35,675 bases of DNA, from NCBI GenBank assembly GCA_046712485.1, contig JBKKCW010000035.1:1-35675 (forward strand). Reading direction: 5' to 3'. Below, piece after piece: positions 17,187 to 25,686 of the stretch. Under the pieces are notes generated by a model. It did not search any database and had not been told where the DNA came from. It was given only the letters and a program-made list of their open reading frames with translations. This DNA comes from Candidatus Limnocylindrales bacterium. GTDB taxonomy: Bacteria > Chloroflexota > Limnocylindria > Limnocylindrales > CSP1-4. The translations under genes were made by a program, and so were the position numbers. Every line of letters begins with the position of its first letter. Position 1 is the first letter of the stretch.

Positions 17187-17987
17187 TCAGCGACCGAATC
17201 GGCGCTGTCGGCGAGCGAACTCGAGCAGGGCGGCGTCAAAGGCGTCGGGCCCGAAATCGGGCCAGAGCGACTCGCATGTATAGAACTCTGCGTACGCGGA
17301 TTGCCAGATCAGGAAGTTGGACAGCCGCTGCTCGCCGCCGGTCCGGATCACGAGATCAGGATCGGGCAAGCCCGCGGTGTAGAGGGATGCGCTGATGGCT
17401 TCCTCGTCGATCGCCTCGGGTGGCGTGCCGCTGGAAGCCAACCGGCGGAACGCGTCGACGAGCTCGGTCCGCCCGGCGTAGTTGAAGGCGATGTTAAGGA
17501 GCAATCGGTCTCCGCCCGCCGTCGCGTCCAGCGCCTCGCCGATCGAGGCTCGCGTGGCATCGGGGAGCTCGTCGAGCCGCCCGAGCAACCGGATCCGTAC
17601 ACCCTGCGCCCGCAGCTCGGCGGTCTCGCTCCGGATCGCGGCTTCGAGCAGCTCGAAGAGCCCGGTGACCTCGTCGTCGGATCGGGCCCAATTCTCCCGG
17701 CTGAAGGCATACAGCGTCATGACCGGGACGCCGCGCCGGACAGCGTGACGCAGCAGCTCGCGGATCGCCTCGACGCCTGCCGCGTGCCCGTCGAGCTCGG
17801 ACAGGTTGCGCTGCCGAGCCCAGCGCCGATTGCCGTCCATGATGATCGCCACGTGGCGCGGGAGATCGTCAAGGGTCAGCAGCGGCGCCTGGCCGGCCAG
17901 CGCTGGAAGCCCCTCGATGGCCTCGTGGACCGGCACATGCGCCTTGGGCGGCGCATCGGTGGGCCTGGCCAGGGGTGCGCGCGCCAC
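17187..17987 (-). CDS. uppS: Isoprenyl (undecaprenyl) diphosphate synthase
   Basis: Motifs: [47 protein letters not shown]. The start is set at GTG 17987, overlapping the last base of the frr TAG. The rest of track ORF 17187..18554 overlaps frr in another frame and is Arg/Pro/Gly noise. Confidence 0.88.
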   Translation of the reverse strand: MARAPLARPTDAPPKAHVPVHEAIEGLPALAGQAPLLTLDDLPRHVAIIMDGNRRWARQRNLSELDGHAAGVEAIRELLRHAVRRGVPVMTLYAFSRENWARSDDEVTGLFELLEAAIRSETAELRAQGVRIRLLGRLDELPDATRASIGEALDATAGGDRLLLNIAFNYAGRTELVDAFRRLASSGTPPEAIDEEAISASLYTAGLPDPDLVIRTGGEQRLSNFLIWQSAYAEFYTCESLWPDFGPDAFDAALLEFARRQRRFGR

Positions 17988-18544
17988 TAGACCTCGAGGA
18001 CCTCCTGTTCCTTGACCAAGCCGAGGCGATCGACCTCGGCGACGTGGCGATCCGTGGTGCGTTGCAGCGCGTCGAGCTCCCGATGCGCTTCGTCGGTGCC
18101 GACGTTGCCGTCCTTCTCCTCGCGTTTGAGGTGATCGGCCGCCTCGCGGCGGAGATTGCGGATCTCGACCCTGGCTTCCTCCATCCGCTTGTGGACGCTT
18201 CTGACGATGTCCTTGCGACGTTCCTCGGTGAGCGGCGGGATGTTGAGCCGCACGACCGTCCCGTCCACGTTGGGCATCAGCCCGATGTCGCTCTTCTGGA
18301 TGGCCTTCTCGATGGCCCCGAGCACGCCCCGGTCCCACGGCTGGATCACGATCTGGTGCGGCTCGGGGACGCTGATGCCGGCCAGCTGGTTGAGCGGTGT
18401 CGAGGTGCCGTAGTACTCGACGTGGATCCGTTCGACGAGGGCCGTCGATGCTCGCCCCGTCCGCAGGCCCTGGAAGTCGCGCTCCATGGCCTCGACGGCA
18501 CGGGCCATCTTGTGATCGGCGTCGCTGAGGACTTCGATGCTCAT
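17987..18544 (-). CDS. frr: Ribosome recycling factor
   Basis: A 185-aa ORF. Motifs: [35 protein letters not shown] and [23 protein letters not shown]. The ATG overlaps the pyrH stop (ATGA). Confidence 0.97.
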   Translation of the reverse strand: MSIEVLSDADHKMARAVEAMERDFQGLRTGRASTALVERIHVEYYGTSTPLNQLAGISVPEPHQIVIQPWDRGVLGAIEKAIQKSDIGLMPNVDGTVVRLNIPPLTEERRKDIVRSVHKRMEEARVEIRNLRREAADHLKREEKDGNVGTDEAHRELDALQRTTDRHVAEVDRLGLVKEQEVLEV

Positions 18545-19332
18545 GATCGCGCACCTCCGGCCGCGCTGCGGGAGCCCGAGATGAGGGTGCCGACCGGCTC
18601 GCCGGCGGCCACTCGCGTGATGTTATCGGGCTGGTTGAGGTCGAACACCACGATGGGGAGATCGTTCTCCATGCACAGGCTCACCGCGGTCGCGTCGAGG
18701 ACCCGCAGCTGGTCGCGCAGCAGGTCCGCGTATTCGAGTTGAGCGTACCGCCGCGCATCCGGGTGCGCCATGGGGTCTCGGTCGTAGACGCCGTCGACCT
18801 TGGTCGCCTTGAGCAGGACCTGAGCATTGATCTCAACCGCACGCAGGGCTGCAGCCGTATCCGTCGTGAAGTACGGATTGCCGGTCCCGGCCACGAAGAG
18901 TGTGACGCGGCCCTTCTCGAGATGCCGGATCGCCCGCCGCCGGATGTACGGCTCGGCGACCTCGTTCATGGCGATTGCGGTCATGACCCGGGTCGGGACG
19001 TTCGCCCGTTCCAGGGCGTCCTGGAGCGCCAGCCCATTCATCACCGTTGCGAGCATCCCGATGTAGTCCCCGGTCGCCCGGTCCATCCCCCGTGCCGAGG
19101 CGGCGAGCCCGCGGAAGATGTTGCCACCGCCAACGACGATCCCGACCTGTACGCCGAGCCCATGGATCTCCGCGACCTGCTTGGCGATGAAAGCGCAGAC
19201 GGCTGGATCCACCCCGTACTGGCGATCGCCCAGGAGGGCCTCACCCGACAACTTGAGCAGGATCCGCCGGTAGCGCAGGGTCTTCGGCGGCAAGGCGGTT
19301 GCCTGGGGCGCACTGGTCGTGGACTCGGTCAC
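18541..19332 (-). CDS. pyrH: UMP kinase
   Basis: A 263-aa ORF. Motifs: [35 protein letters not shown] and [17 protein letters not shown]. The GTG start overlaps the tsf stop (GTGA). Confidence 0.97.
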   Translation of the reverse strand: MTESTTSAPQATALPPKTLRYRRILLKLSGEALLGDRQYGVDPAVCAFIAKQVAEIHGLGVQVGIVVGGGNIFRGLAASARGMDRATGDYIGMLATVMNGLALQDALERANVPTRVMTAIAMNEVAEPYIRRRAIRHLEKGRVTLFVAGTGNPYFTTDTAAALRAVEINAQVLLKATKVDGVYDRDPMAHPDARRYAQLEYADLLRDQLRVLDATAVSLCMENDLPIVVFDLNQPDNITRVAAGEPVGTLISGSRSAAGGARS

Positions 19333-19928
19333 AGCTCCTCCGCGAGCGCGTAGCGGGTGAACCGGCGAACCCGGATGTTCTCGCCGATCGTGGCGATGCG
19401 CTCATTGATCAGGTCGCGAACCGTCCGCTCCTCATCCCTGAAGGGCTGGTCGTAGAGGCACACCTGGGCGAACCACTTCCTGAGCTGGCCCTCCACGATC
19501 TGGCCGCGGATGTTCTCCGGCTTCTTCCGGGTAGCTTCATCGGCCAGCAGCTCGGACTTCCTGGCCTCCAGATCGGCGGCCGGGATGTGCTCCTCGTCCA
19601 CGTACAGGGGCGCAAGCCCCGCGACCTGGATGGCCAGATCGCGTACGAGCCGCTGGAACTCGTCTGTTCGGGCGACGAAGTCCGTCTCGCAGTTGACCTC
19701 GATCAGGACGCCCACCCGGCCGCCCGTGTGGATGTAGCTCGACACCAGGCCTTCCAAGGCTTCGCGGTTCGCCTTCTTCGCAGCGGCGGCGAGACCTTGG
19801 TCGCGCAAGAGCGCGGCGGCCCTGTCCAGGTCCCCGTCAGCCTCGACCAAGGCCCGCTTGCAATCCATGAAACCGGCGCCGGTCCGCTCGCGAAGCTCTT
19901 TGACAAGTCCTGCCGAGATATCCGCCAT
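19329..19928 (-). CDS. tsf: Elongation factor Ts (short ~200-aa form)
   Basis: A 199-aa ORF. Motifs: [20 protein letters not shown] and [19 protein letters not shown]. Confidence 0.95.
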   Translation of the reverse strand: MADISAGLVKELRERTGAGFMDCKRALVEADGDLDRAAALLRDQGLAAAAKKANREALEGLVSSYIHTGGRVGVLIEVNCETDFVARTDEFQRLVRDLAIQVAGLAPLYVDEEHIPAADLEARKSELLADEATRKKPENIRGQIVEGQLRKWFAQVCLYDQPFRDEERTVRDLINERIATIGENIRVRRFTRYALAEEL

Positions 19929-20004
19929 GCGTTCGTCTTCTCCTGTGTTTTTTCGTGCCCCAATGAGGCGGTGCGTTGGTGTCTGGGCGTCGCGACGGTC
20001 CGTG

Positions 20005-20033
20005 ATGATAGGGCCGGCGACGAGCTCGGTCAG
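20005..20033 (-). promoter_or_regulatory. Possible internal promoter for tsf in the rpsB-tsf spacer
   Basis: The minus strand reads CTGACC (overlapping the rpsB stop), then 17 nt, then TATCAT. This is about 75 nt upstream of the tsf ATG. The call rests on the motif alone. Confidence 0.25.
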
Positions 20034-21001
20034 CCGACCGAGCTCGTCTCTTCGGCCTTCTCTGCAGCCTCGCGGGCAAGCTCGGCGGCGATCTCCTCCG
20101 GGCTCGCCTCAGCGGACGCCTCGGCGACGGCGGCCTCGGCCCGAGCGACGCGATCGCCCGGGAGCAGGTCATCCTCGTCGACGTCCGGCTCGAACGAAAG
20201 TGCGGCTCCACCGGCGAGGGCGGCCACCAGCTCGTCGGTCGCGCCCGGCTCTTCTTCTTCGGTCTCGGGCATGGCCATCGCCTCGACCTGCTCGGGCTCC
20301 GCGGAGCTGCGCGCGGACCGCTGCTGGGCGCCTTCGATCGCCGCGTCGGCGACGAGCGTGCACAGGAGGCGGATCGCGCGGATGGCGTCGTCGTTGGCCG
20401 GAATGATGAAGTCGAGCTCGTCGGGGTCGACGTTGGTGTCGCCCGTGCCGACGACCGGGATCTCGAGCTTGTTGGCCTCGGTGACGCCGATCCGCTCGCG
20501 GTGCGGGTCGACGATGAAGATCGCCCCGGGCAACCGCTTCATCTTGCGCATCCCGCCCAGCGTGCCCTGGAGCTTGACCATCTCCTCGGTCAGCTTGGCG
20601 GCTTCCTTCTTGGTCATCCGCTCGAAGTCGCCGTTCTGTTGGCGCGCCTCGAGCTGCTCGAGCAGGCCGATCCGCTTCTTGATCGTGGTGAAGTTGGTCA
20701 GCATGCCGCCGAGCCAACGCTTGTTGACGTACGGCTGGTTGGCGCGGGTCGCCTCCTGGGCGACCGGCTCCTGGGCTTGCTTCTTGGTCCCAACGAAGAG
20801 GACCTGATCGCCCCGGGCCACAGTCTCACGGACGAACTCGAGGGCGACGTCGAGCCGCTGCACGGTTTGGGCGAGATCGATGATGTGGATCCCGTTGCGC
20901 TCGGCAAAGATGAACGGGCGCATCTTGGGGTTCCAGCGTCGGGTCTGATGGCCGAAGTGGACTCCGGCTTCCAGCAGTTGCCGCATCGAGACGGACGGCA
21001 T
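20030..21001 (-). CDS. rpsB: 30S ribosomal protein S2 with a long acidic C-terminal extension
   Basis: The ATG at 21001 lies 9 nt after GGAGG and gives [32 protein letters not shown]. The track ORF start at 21358 adds 119 non-homologous codons. About 96 C-terminal residues are Glu/Asp/Ala-rich. Confidence 0.96.
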   Translation of the reverse strand: MPSVSMRQLLEAGVHFGHQTRRWNPKMRPFIFAERNGIHIIDLAQTVQRLDVALEFVRETVARGDQVLFVGTKKQAQEPVAQEATRANQPYVNKRWLGGMLTNFTTIKKRIGLLEQLEARQQNGDFERMTKKEAAKLTEEMVKLQGTLGGMRKMKRLPGAIFIVDPHRERIGVTEANKLEIPVVGTGDTNVDPDELDFIIPANDDAIRAIRLLCTLVADAAIEGAQQRSARSSAEPEQVEAMAMPETEEEEPGATDELVAALAGGAALSFEPDVDEDDLLPGDRVARAEAAVAEASAEASPEEIAAELAREAAEKAEETSSVG

Positions 21002-21166
21002 GGCGAGCGACCTCCTGTTCGGTTCATTCCTCCGCGGTCCTCGTCGCCGGGGGCCGGACCCTGGGCGGGGTACCGGCACCGTCCCGGTCGGAACGGTTCG
21101 CGTGTGAGCTCCGCGCCGGTTGGCGCGGGCGGTTGGTAGGCGGTCGGACGATCCGGACCGGGCGGG

Positions 21167-21175
21167 AGTGTAGCA
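21167..21175 (-). promoter_or_regulatory. Candidate extended -10 promoter element (TGCTACACT) for rpsB-tsf
   Basis: The minus strand reads CCTGTGCTCGTGCTACACTCC. This matches the element upstream of rplS at 19 of 21 positions. It implies a 5' UTR of about 160 nt for rpsB. Confidence 0.4.
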
Positions 21176-21190
21176 CGAGCACAGGCGATG

Positions 21191-21229
21191 GCCGTTGAGG
21201 GCCGGAACGCCGTTGAGGCCCGGAACGCC
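21191..21229. repeat. Tandem direct repeat: two 18-nt units plus a partial third
   Basis: The plus strand reads GCCGTTGAGGGCCGGAAC GCCGTTGAGGCCCGGAAC GCC, with one mismatch between the two full units. It sits immediately upstream of the rpsB -10 element and about 40 nt downstream of the NUDIX stop. Confidence 0.8.
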
Positions 21230-21267
21230 GGGGCGCGACGGCCTTGTCGCGTTGTCGAGCGCGGAGA

Positions 21268-21750
21268 TCAGCTCATCCGCAGCGTAGCTTCCAGCCGGTC
21301 CAGGAGCGGGATCTGGGCCTCCTTGATCCGCCGCCGCGCCTCGGCGAGGTCGAACCACCCGACCCGGTCGATCTCAGGGAACGTCTGCGTCCGTCCGGAC
21401 TTTGGCGGCCATTCCTGCTCGAAGGTCTCCGATCGGGCAACGGCGGGATCCAGGTCGCCTTCCACACCCCAGGCGTGGACGACCTTGCCACCTTTCTGGA
21501 CGATCGACCCGAGGCCCAGCCATGTACCGCCGGGCAGTGTCACGCCCGTCTCTTCCAGGAGCTCCCGGCGCGCGGCGTCGGCCAGGGGTTCGTCCTCTTC
21601 GGGCTCGCCCTTGGGAATGGACCAATGGCCCTTGTCGCGCTTCTCGAAGAACGGGCCGCCCGGGTGCGCGAGCAGCACCTCGAGGCGCGACCCCTGCCGT
21701 CGAAACAGGACGATGCCGGCACTCACCCGCATGACCGTGATGGTACGCAC
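21268..21750 (-). CDS. NUDIX hydrolase (COG4119-like predicted NTP pyrophosphohydrolase)
   Basis: A 160-aa ORF. The Nudix box is [23 protein letters not shown], in the context [20 protein letters not shown]. The alternative ATG at 21732 is also possible. Confidence 0.85.
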   Translation of the reverse strand: MRTITVMRVSAGIVLFRRQGSRLEVLLAHPGGPFFEKRDKGHWSIPKGEPEEDEPLADAARRELLEETGVTLPGGTWLGLGSIVQKGGKVVHAWGVEGDLDPAVARSETFEQEWPPKSGRTQTFPEIDRVGWFDLAEARRRIKEAQIPLLDRLEATLRMS

Positions 21751-21804
21751 CGGGCACCTTTCGGTCCGCTAACGCGGCCGACCCGCGATGTCGCGGGACC
21801 ATGC

Positions 21805-22179
21805 CTACATCGCGTGGCGGTGATGCCGGATCCGCTCGCCCGGCTCGACGACGATCAGGTCGAGCCGCAGCGGAAGGTGCGGCAAGGACGAACCGTCGGG
21901 CAACACGCCGCGATCGAGGAGCCCGTAGGCTGCGGCTCGGACACGGGTGCGCTTGTGCGCGCCAACGGTCTCCTCGGGGAGGCCAAAGGCCCGATCCGCA
22001 CGCCAGCGCACCTCCACCGCCACCAGAGCTCTCGGGGGCCCCGGGTCGATCGCGATCAGGTCCAGCTCGTGCCGGCCGATGTGGACGTTGCGACCCAGGA
22101 TGGACCAGCCGGCAGCCACGAGGCGATCGGCAACGAGCTGCTCGGCGGCATCCCCCAACTGCTGGGCATCCGTGCGCAT
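21805..22179 (-). CDS. yraN: YraN family (UPF0102) predicted endonuclease
   Basis: From the ATG at 22179 the sequence is MRTDAQQLGDAAEQLVADRLVAAGWSILGRNVHIGRHELDLIAID...LVAVEVRWR. This is the typical YraN PD-(D/E)xK-like core. The upstream part of the track ORF overlaps rnhB and shows no homology. Confidence 0.85.
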   Translation of the reverse strand: MRTDAQQLGDAAEQLVADRLVAAGWSILGRNVHIGRHELDLIAIDPGPPRALVAVEVRWRADRAFGLPEETVGAHKRTRVRAAAYGLLDRGVLPDGSSLPHLPLRLDLIVVEPGERIRHHRHAM

Positions 22180-22213
22180 CCAGCGACAGTAGCCCCCCTG
22201 GATCGACCGCGGC

Positions 22214-22999
22214 TTATCGGGCGCCGGCCTCGGCGAGCGCCACGTCGACGACCGAAGAATCGGCAAGGAGCGCTGCGTCCACGCCCGCCTCGGGGAGCTC
22301 CAGCGTGGCCATCTCATCCTCGGGGCGACCCGAGTCCAGACGTTCGCCGACCAGGTCGAGCGACAGCTGGTCGCCGGCGAGTGTGCGCTGGAGCGCGAGG
22401 AACGAGCGCCGATGGAACGGCGTGAGGCCCAGACGGCGGATCGCGCGACGGTGCTCCAGCGTTGCGTAACCCTGGTTGTGCTCCCAGCCGTAGCCCGGGT
22501 ACCGCGCGGCCAGCCGGGTCATCATCCGGTCGCGAACGACCTTGGCGATGACGGATGCGCAGGCGATCGAGTAGACCTTCGCGTCGCCATCGACCACGTT
22601 CGAATAGGGACCGACGAGCGCCTCGAACCCGCTGATCCGGTTGCCATCGACAAGGACATGTTCGTGACCACCAACCCTGGCAATTGCCCGCCGCATCGCC
22701 AGGTGCGTGGCGTGATAGATGTTGAGCTTGTCGATCTCGCGGACGGACGCCGCACCGATGCCGATCGCGACGGCCCTGGCCCGGATCCGCGGCGCGAGAC
22801 GTTCGCGCTGTGCCGCCGACAGCGTCTTTGAATCGCGAACACCCGGGATCCGGTGGCAGTTCGGCCGCATGATCACCGCAGCCGCCAGCACCGCCCCACA
22901 GGTTGGCGCCACGCCGACCTCGTCCACGCCGACAACCCGGGTCAGGCCCTCTCGCCACAGGCGGCGCTCGTACTTCAGCGTGGGGACCATCGGCGCCAT
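22214..22999 (-). CDS. rnhB: Ribonuclease HII (variant GRG motif)
   Basis: A 261-aa ORF. It aligns with E. coli RnhB at GVDEVG..P..GAV, DSKTLS, IDKLNIYHATHLAMRRA, VLVDGN, DGDAKVYSIACASVIAKVVRD and NQGYATLEHRRAI...HRRSF. The GRG following DEV is GVA here. Confidence 0.92.
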   Translation of the reverse strand: MAPMVPTLKYERRLWREGLTRVVGVDEVGVAPTCGAVLAAAVIMRPNCHRIPGVRDSKTLSAAQRERLAPRIRARAVAIGIGAASVREIDKLNIYHATHLAMRRAIARVGGHEHVLVDGNRISGFEALVGPYSNVVDGDAKVYSIACASVIAKVVRDRMMTRLAARYPGYGWEHNQGYATLEHRRAIRRLGLTPFHRRSFLALQRTLAGDQLSLDLVGERLDSGRPEDEMATLELPEAGVDAALLADSSVVDVALAEAGAR

Positions 23000-23354
23000 C
23001 GGCGTTCAGGGTACCCGTCCGGAATGAAGGCTGTCCCGCGGCCAGGGCCCGGGAGCGGATCAGACGAGCGATCGAGTCCCGCGTGTCCTGACACCGGATC
23101 CCGTGCGAGCTGACACCGGACTTCGCGATTACCCGTGGGCAGACTCCACGACAAGAAGTGGACGGTTCCCGGGCGGGATTCGTGGGTCGCGGCCCGGCTC
23201 GTCGAGCGTGGCCCTGCCCGGACGGGGTGTCACGCGGACGCGATTCGGCGACCGCACTTCACACCGAGTCAGCCGGCGGGTATGTGAGAGGGAACCAACC
23301 GATCAACGTCGTTGGCACCCGCGGGGCGGGTATTCGAGAGTGACGGAGGCGCCG

Positions 23355-23705
23355 TCAGCTCCGCGTTCGGCGCTCCCGCAGCGTGGCGGCCTTGCCGACG
23401 CGATCGCGCAGGAAGTACAGCTGCGCGCGCCGGGCGACGCCGTGGCGGACGACCTCGATCTTCTCGATCCGTGGGCTGTTGATCTTGAACGTCCGCTCGA
23501 CCCCAACGCCCGATGCGATCCGTCGCACGGTGATCGATCGGGTGATGCCGCCACCGCGGAGGCGCATCACGGTGCCCTCGAAGACCTGGATCCGCTCACG
23601 GGTGCCTTCGATGACCTTTGCCGACACCTTCACGGTGTCACCGGTCGCGAGCTCCGGCAGATCGGTGCGAAGCTGATCCTGGACGATCTCGTCGAGCACG
23701 TTCAC
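23355..23705 (-). CDS. rplS: 50S ribosomal protein L19
   Basis: A 116-aa ORF with a GTG start. Sequence: [59 protein letters not shown]. Confidence 0.97.
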   Translation of the reverse strand: MNVLDEIVQDQLRTDLPELATGDTVKVSAKVIEGTRERIQVFEGTVMRLRGGGITRSITVRRIASGVGVERTFKINSPRIEKIEVVRHGVARRAQLYFLRDRVGKAATLRERRTRS

Positions 23706-23787
23706 GCGGGGCTATTCCTGACTCGGCTGGGCAGCCATCAGCTGCGGGATGGACGGTTGGGGGAGCGCGCCTGGGCGCCGGCCGCGG

Positions 23788-23796
23788 AGTATAGCA
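23788..23796 (-). promoter_or_regulatory. Candidate extended -10 promoter element (TGCTATACT) for rplS
   Basis: The minus strand reads CCTGAGCTCGTGCTATACTCC in the 106-nt trmD-rplS spacer, about 80 nt upstream of the rplS GTG. It is near-identical to the rpsB element. Confidence 0.4.
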
Positions 23797-23811
23797 CGAG
23801 CTCAGGCTCGA

Positions 23812-24558
23812 TCAGGTCGACGGAGGCTTCCGGCGCTCCGGACGGACGAGTCGCTCAGGTTGTGCGATCGGTGTCGAGGATGTCGGCGTCTCACGAAGCA
23901 GATCCGGCCGGCGAAGCAGGGTGCGCTCCAGTGCCTGCTCGCGGCGCCAGCGTGACACGGCCCCATGATCGCCAGACGCCAGGACGGGGGGAACATCCAT
24001 GCCACGGAACGTCGGCGGCCGCGTGTATTGCGGATACTCGAGCAGGCCCGCAGAGAACGACTCCTCGGCAGTGGACGACGCCTCGATCGCGCCCGGTAGC
24101 AGCCGGATGACGGCATCGATCACGACAAGTGCGGGAAGTTCGCCGCCCGTCAACACGTAGTCCCCGATCGAGAGCTCGAGATCGACGAGCGATCGGATGC
24201 GCTCGTCGACGCCTTCGTACCGCGGACAGACGAACACGAGATGCGACCGGGACGACAGCTCCGCCGCCCACGCCTGCGTGAAGACCTCGCCCACCGGGTC
24301 GAGCAGGATGACGGTGGAGTCAGGGCGCCGCAGGTCGTCGAGCGCCGCGGCCACGGGTTCGGGCCGCAGGATCATGCCGGCCCCACCGCCGTACGGAGCG
24401 TCGTCGACTGAGCGGTGCTTCCCGAGGCCCCAGTCGCGCAGGTCTCGAATACGGATGGCAGCCAGGCCCGCCTCCTGGATTCGTCCGGGGATGCTCTGAC
24501 GGAGCGGCGCCTCGACCATCGCCGGGAACAGGGTCAGGAGGTCGATCTCGAGCGTCAC
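23812..24558 (-). CDS. trmD: tRNA (guanine37-N1)-methyltransferase
   Basis: A 248-aa ORF. Motifs: [73 protein letters not shown]. The GTG overlaps the rimM stop (GTGA). Confidence 0.97.
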   Translation of the reverse strand: MTLEIDLLTLFPAMVEAPLRQSIPGRIQEAGLAAIRIRDLRDWGLGKHRSVDDAPYGGGAGMILRPEPVAAALDDLRRPDSTVILLDPVGEVFTQAWAAELSSRSHLVFVCPRYEGVDERIRSLVDLELSIGDYVLTGGELPALVVIDAVIRLLPGAIEASSTAEESFSAGLLEYPQYTRPPTFRGMDVPPVLASGDHGAVSRWRREQALERTLLRRPDLLRETPTSSTPIAQPERLVRPERRKPPST

Positions 24559-25139
24559 GGCTCACGACGCTCGGCTGCCCCGCGCCGGCTGCGGCGGCGG
24601 GGCGCCTTCGGCCGGTCGCCTTGTGCGCCACGCGCACGCGGCGGCCGGAGATCCAGTGCCTCGGCGTCCACGACGATCTCGCCGCGTCGTGGCGCGAAGA
24701 TCCGGATGAATGCGCGGACGGCCGGCAGGTCAAAGCTGCCGAGCGGACCGCCGCTCACCACGAACACCTCTGTCTCCCCCACCCGGTAGATGTCCTGCAC
24801 CGTGCCGAGCTCAGCCCCATCGACGCCGCGGACGGCGGTCCCGATCACCTCGTGCCAGTAGTACGAACCGCGGGTCAGGTCATCGTCCGGGCGGACCGCG
24901 GCTTCCAGATAGGCACCGCGCAGCGTGTCCGCGGCGTCACGGGTCGTGGCCTCGCGGAAGCGGATCCGCCAGCCGGGACCGTCAACGATCTCCTCCGCCC
25001 CGGCGATTGTCAGACCGTCGTTGGTGCCCTCGCGATACAAGACGGCGCCCGCGACGAACCGGTCCGCCGGTCGATCGGTCAGGACCTCCACCCGGACGGC
25101 GCCGCGCAGCCCATGGACGCCCCGCACGAGGGCGACCAC
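24555..25139 (-). CDS. rimM: 16S rRNA processing protein RimM with a basic C-terminal tail
   Basis: A 194-aa ORF with a GTG start. It has [20 protein letters not shown] and a PRC-barrel part ([36 protein letters not shown]). The Arg/Pro-rich tail is [30 protein letters not shown]. Confidence 0.9.
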   Translation of the reverse strand: MVALVRGVHGLRGAVRVEVLTDRPADRFVAGAVLYREGTNDGLTIAGAEEIVDGPGWRIRFREATTRDAADTLRGAYLEAAVRPDDDLTRGSYYWHEVIGTAVRGVDGAELGTVQDIYRVGETEVFVVSGGPLGSFDLPAVRAFIRIFAPRRGEIVVDAEALDLRPPRARGAQGDRPKAPRRRSRRGAAERREP

Positions 25140-25153
25140 GAGCCGTTCGTCGC

Positions 25154-25387
25154 TCAGAGGATCTCGAGCTGGACCGGCTCGCCGTCCCGGGCGGCGGTCA
25201 CCTTGAGGAGCGTTCGAAGGGCCTTGGCGACGCTGCCGTTCCGGCCGATCACCTTGCCCATGTCGTCTTCCGCGACGTGCAGCTCGATGACGGTTGCGCC
25301 GTCCTCCTCGACCACCTCCACGGTGACGGCGGACGGGTCATCGACGAGCGCCTTGGCGACGTATTCGACGAGGTCCTTGGCTGCCAT
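25154..25387 (-). CDS. khpA: KH-domain RNA-binding protein (UPF0109, YlqC/KhpA-like)
   Basis: A 77-aa ORF. Motifs: LVEYVAKALVDDPSAVTVEVVEED and GKVIGRNGSVAKALRTLL (GxxG loop). It occupies the conserved position between rpsP and rimM. Confidence 0.85.
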   Translation of the reverse strand: MAAKDLVEYVAKALVDDPSAVTVEVVEEDGATVIELHVAEDDMGKVIGRNGSVAKALRTLLKVTAARDGEPVQLEIL

Positions 25388-25396
25388 CGCCCGCTC

Positions 25397-25651
25397 CTAC
25401 TTTGCTGCGGGCACGATGCCCGCCTGGCGGAAGAGCCGGAGCACGGTGTCGGACGGTTGCGCGCCCTTGTCCAGCCAAGCCTTGGCCTTGTCGGCGTCGA
25501 CCTCGAACTCGACTGGATCCGTGCGCGGGTTGTAGTGACCGAGGGTCTCGATCGAGCGACCGTCGCGGGCGCTTCGCCCGTCGGCCACGACGACGCGGTA
25601 GGTGGGCTGCTTGGTCGCGCCGACGCGCGTCAGCCTGATACGAACTGCCAT
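25397..25651 (-). CDS. rpsP: 30S ribosomal protein S16
   Basis: An 84-aa [45 protein letters not shown]. The ATG follows GAGGAGGAAG. Confidence 0.97.
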   Translation of the reverse strand: MAVRIRLTRVGATKQPTYRVVVADGRSARDGRSIETLGHYNPRTDPVEFEVDADKAKAWLDKGAQPSDTVLRLFRQAGIVPAAK

Positions 25652-25686
25652 GGGCTGGTGCTTCCTCCTCTGGCGGCCTGGCGGCC

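Noticed and set aside
17988-18554. An N-terminal 189-codon extension of the uppS ORF (track 17187..18554), overlapping all of frr.
   Set aside because: The extension is Arg/Pro/Gly-rich with no homology. UppS homology begins just after the frr stop, and a GTG at 17987 gives a normal-length protein.
21191-21229. Whether the tandem repeat could be a CRISPR array or the end of a mobile element.
   Set aside because: There are only about 2.2 contiguous 18-nt units with no spacers. There are no cas genes, no transposase, no inverted terminal repeats and no target-site duplication anywhere in the window.
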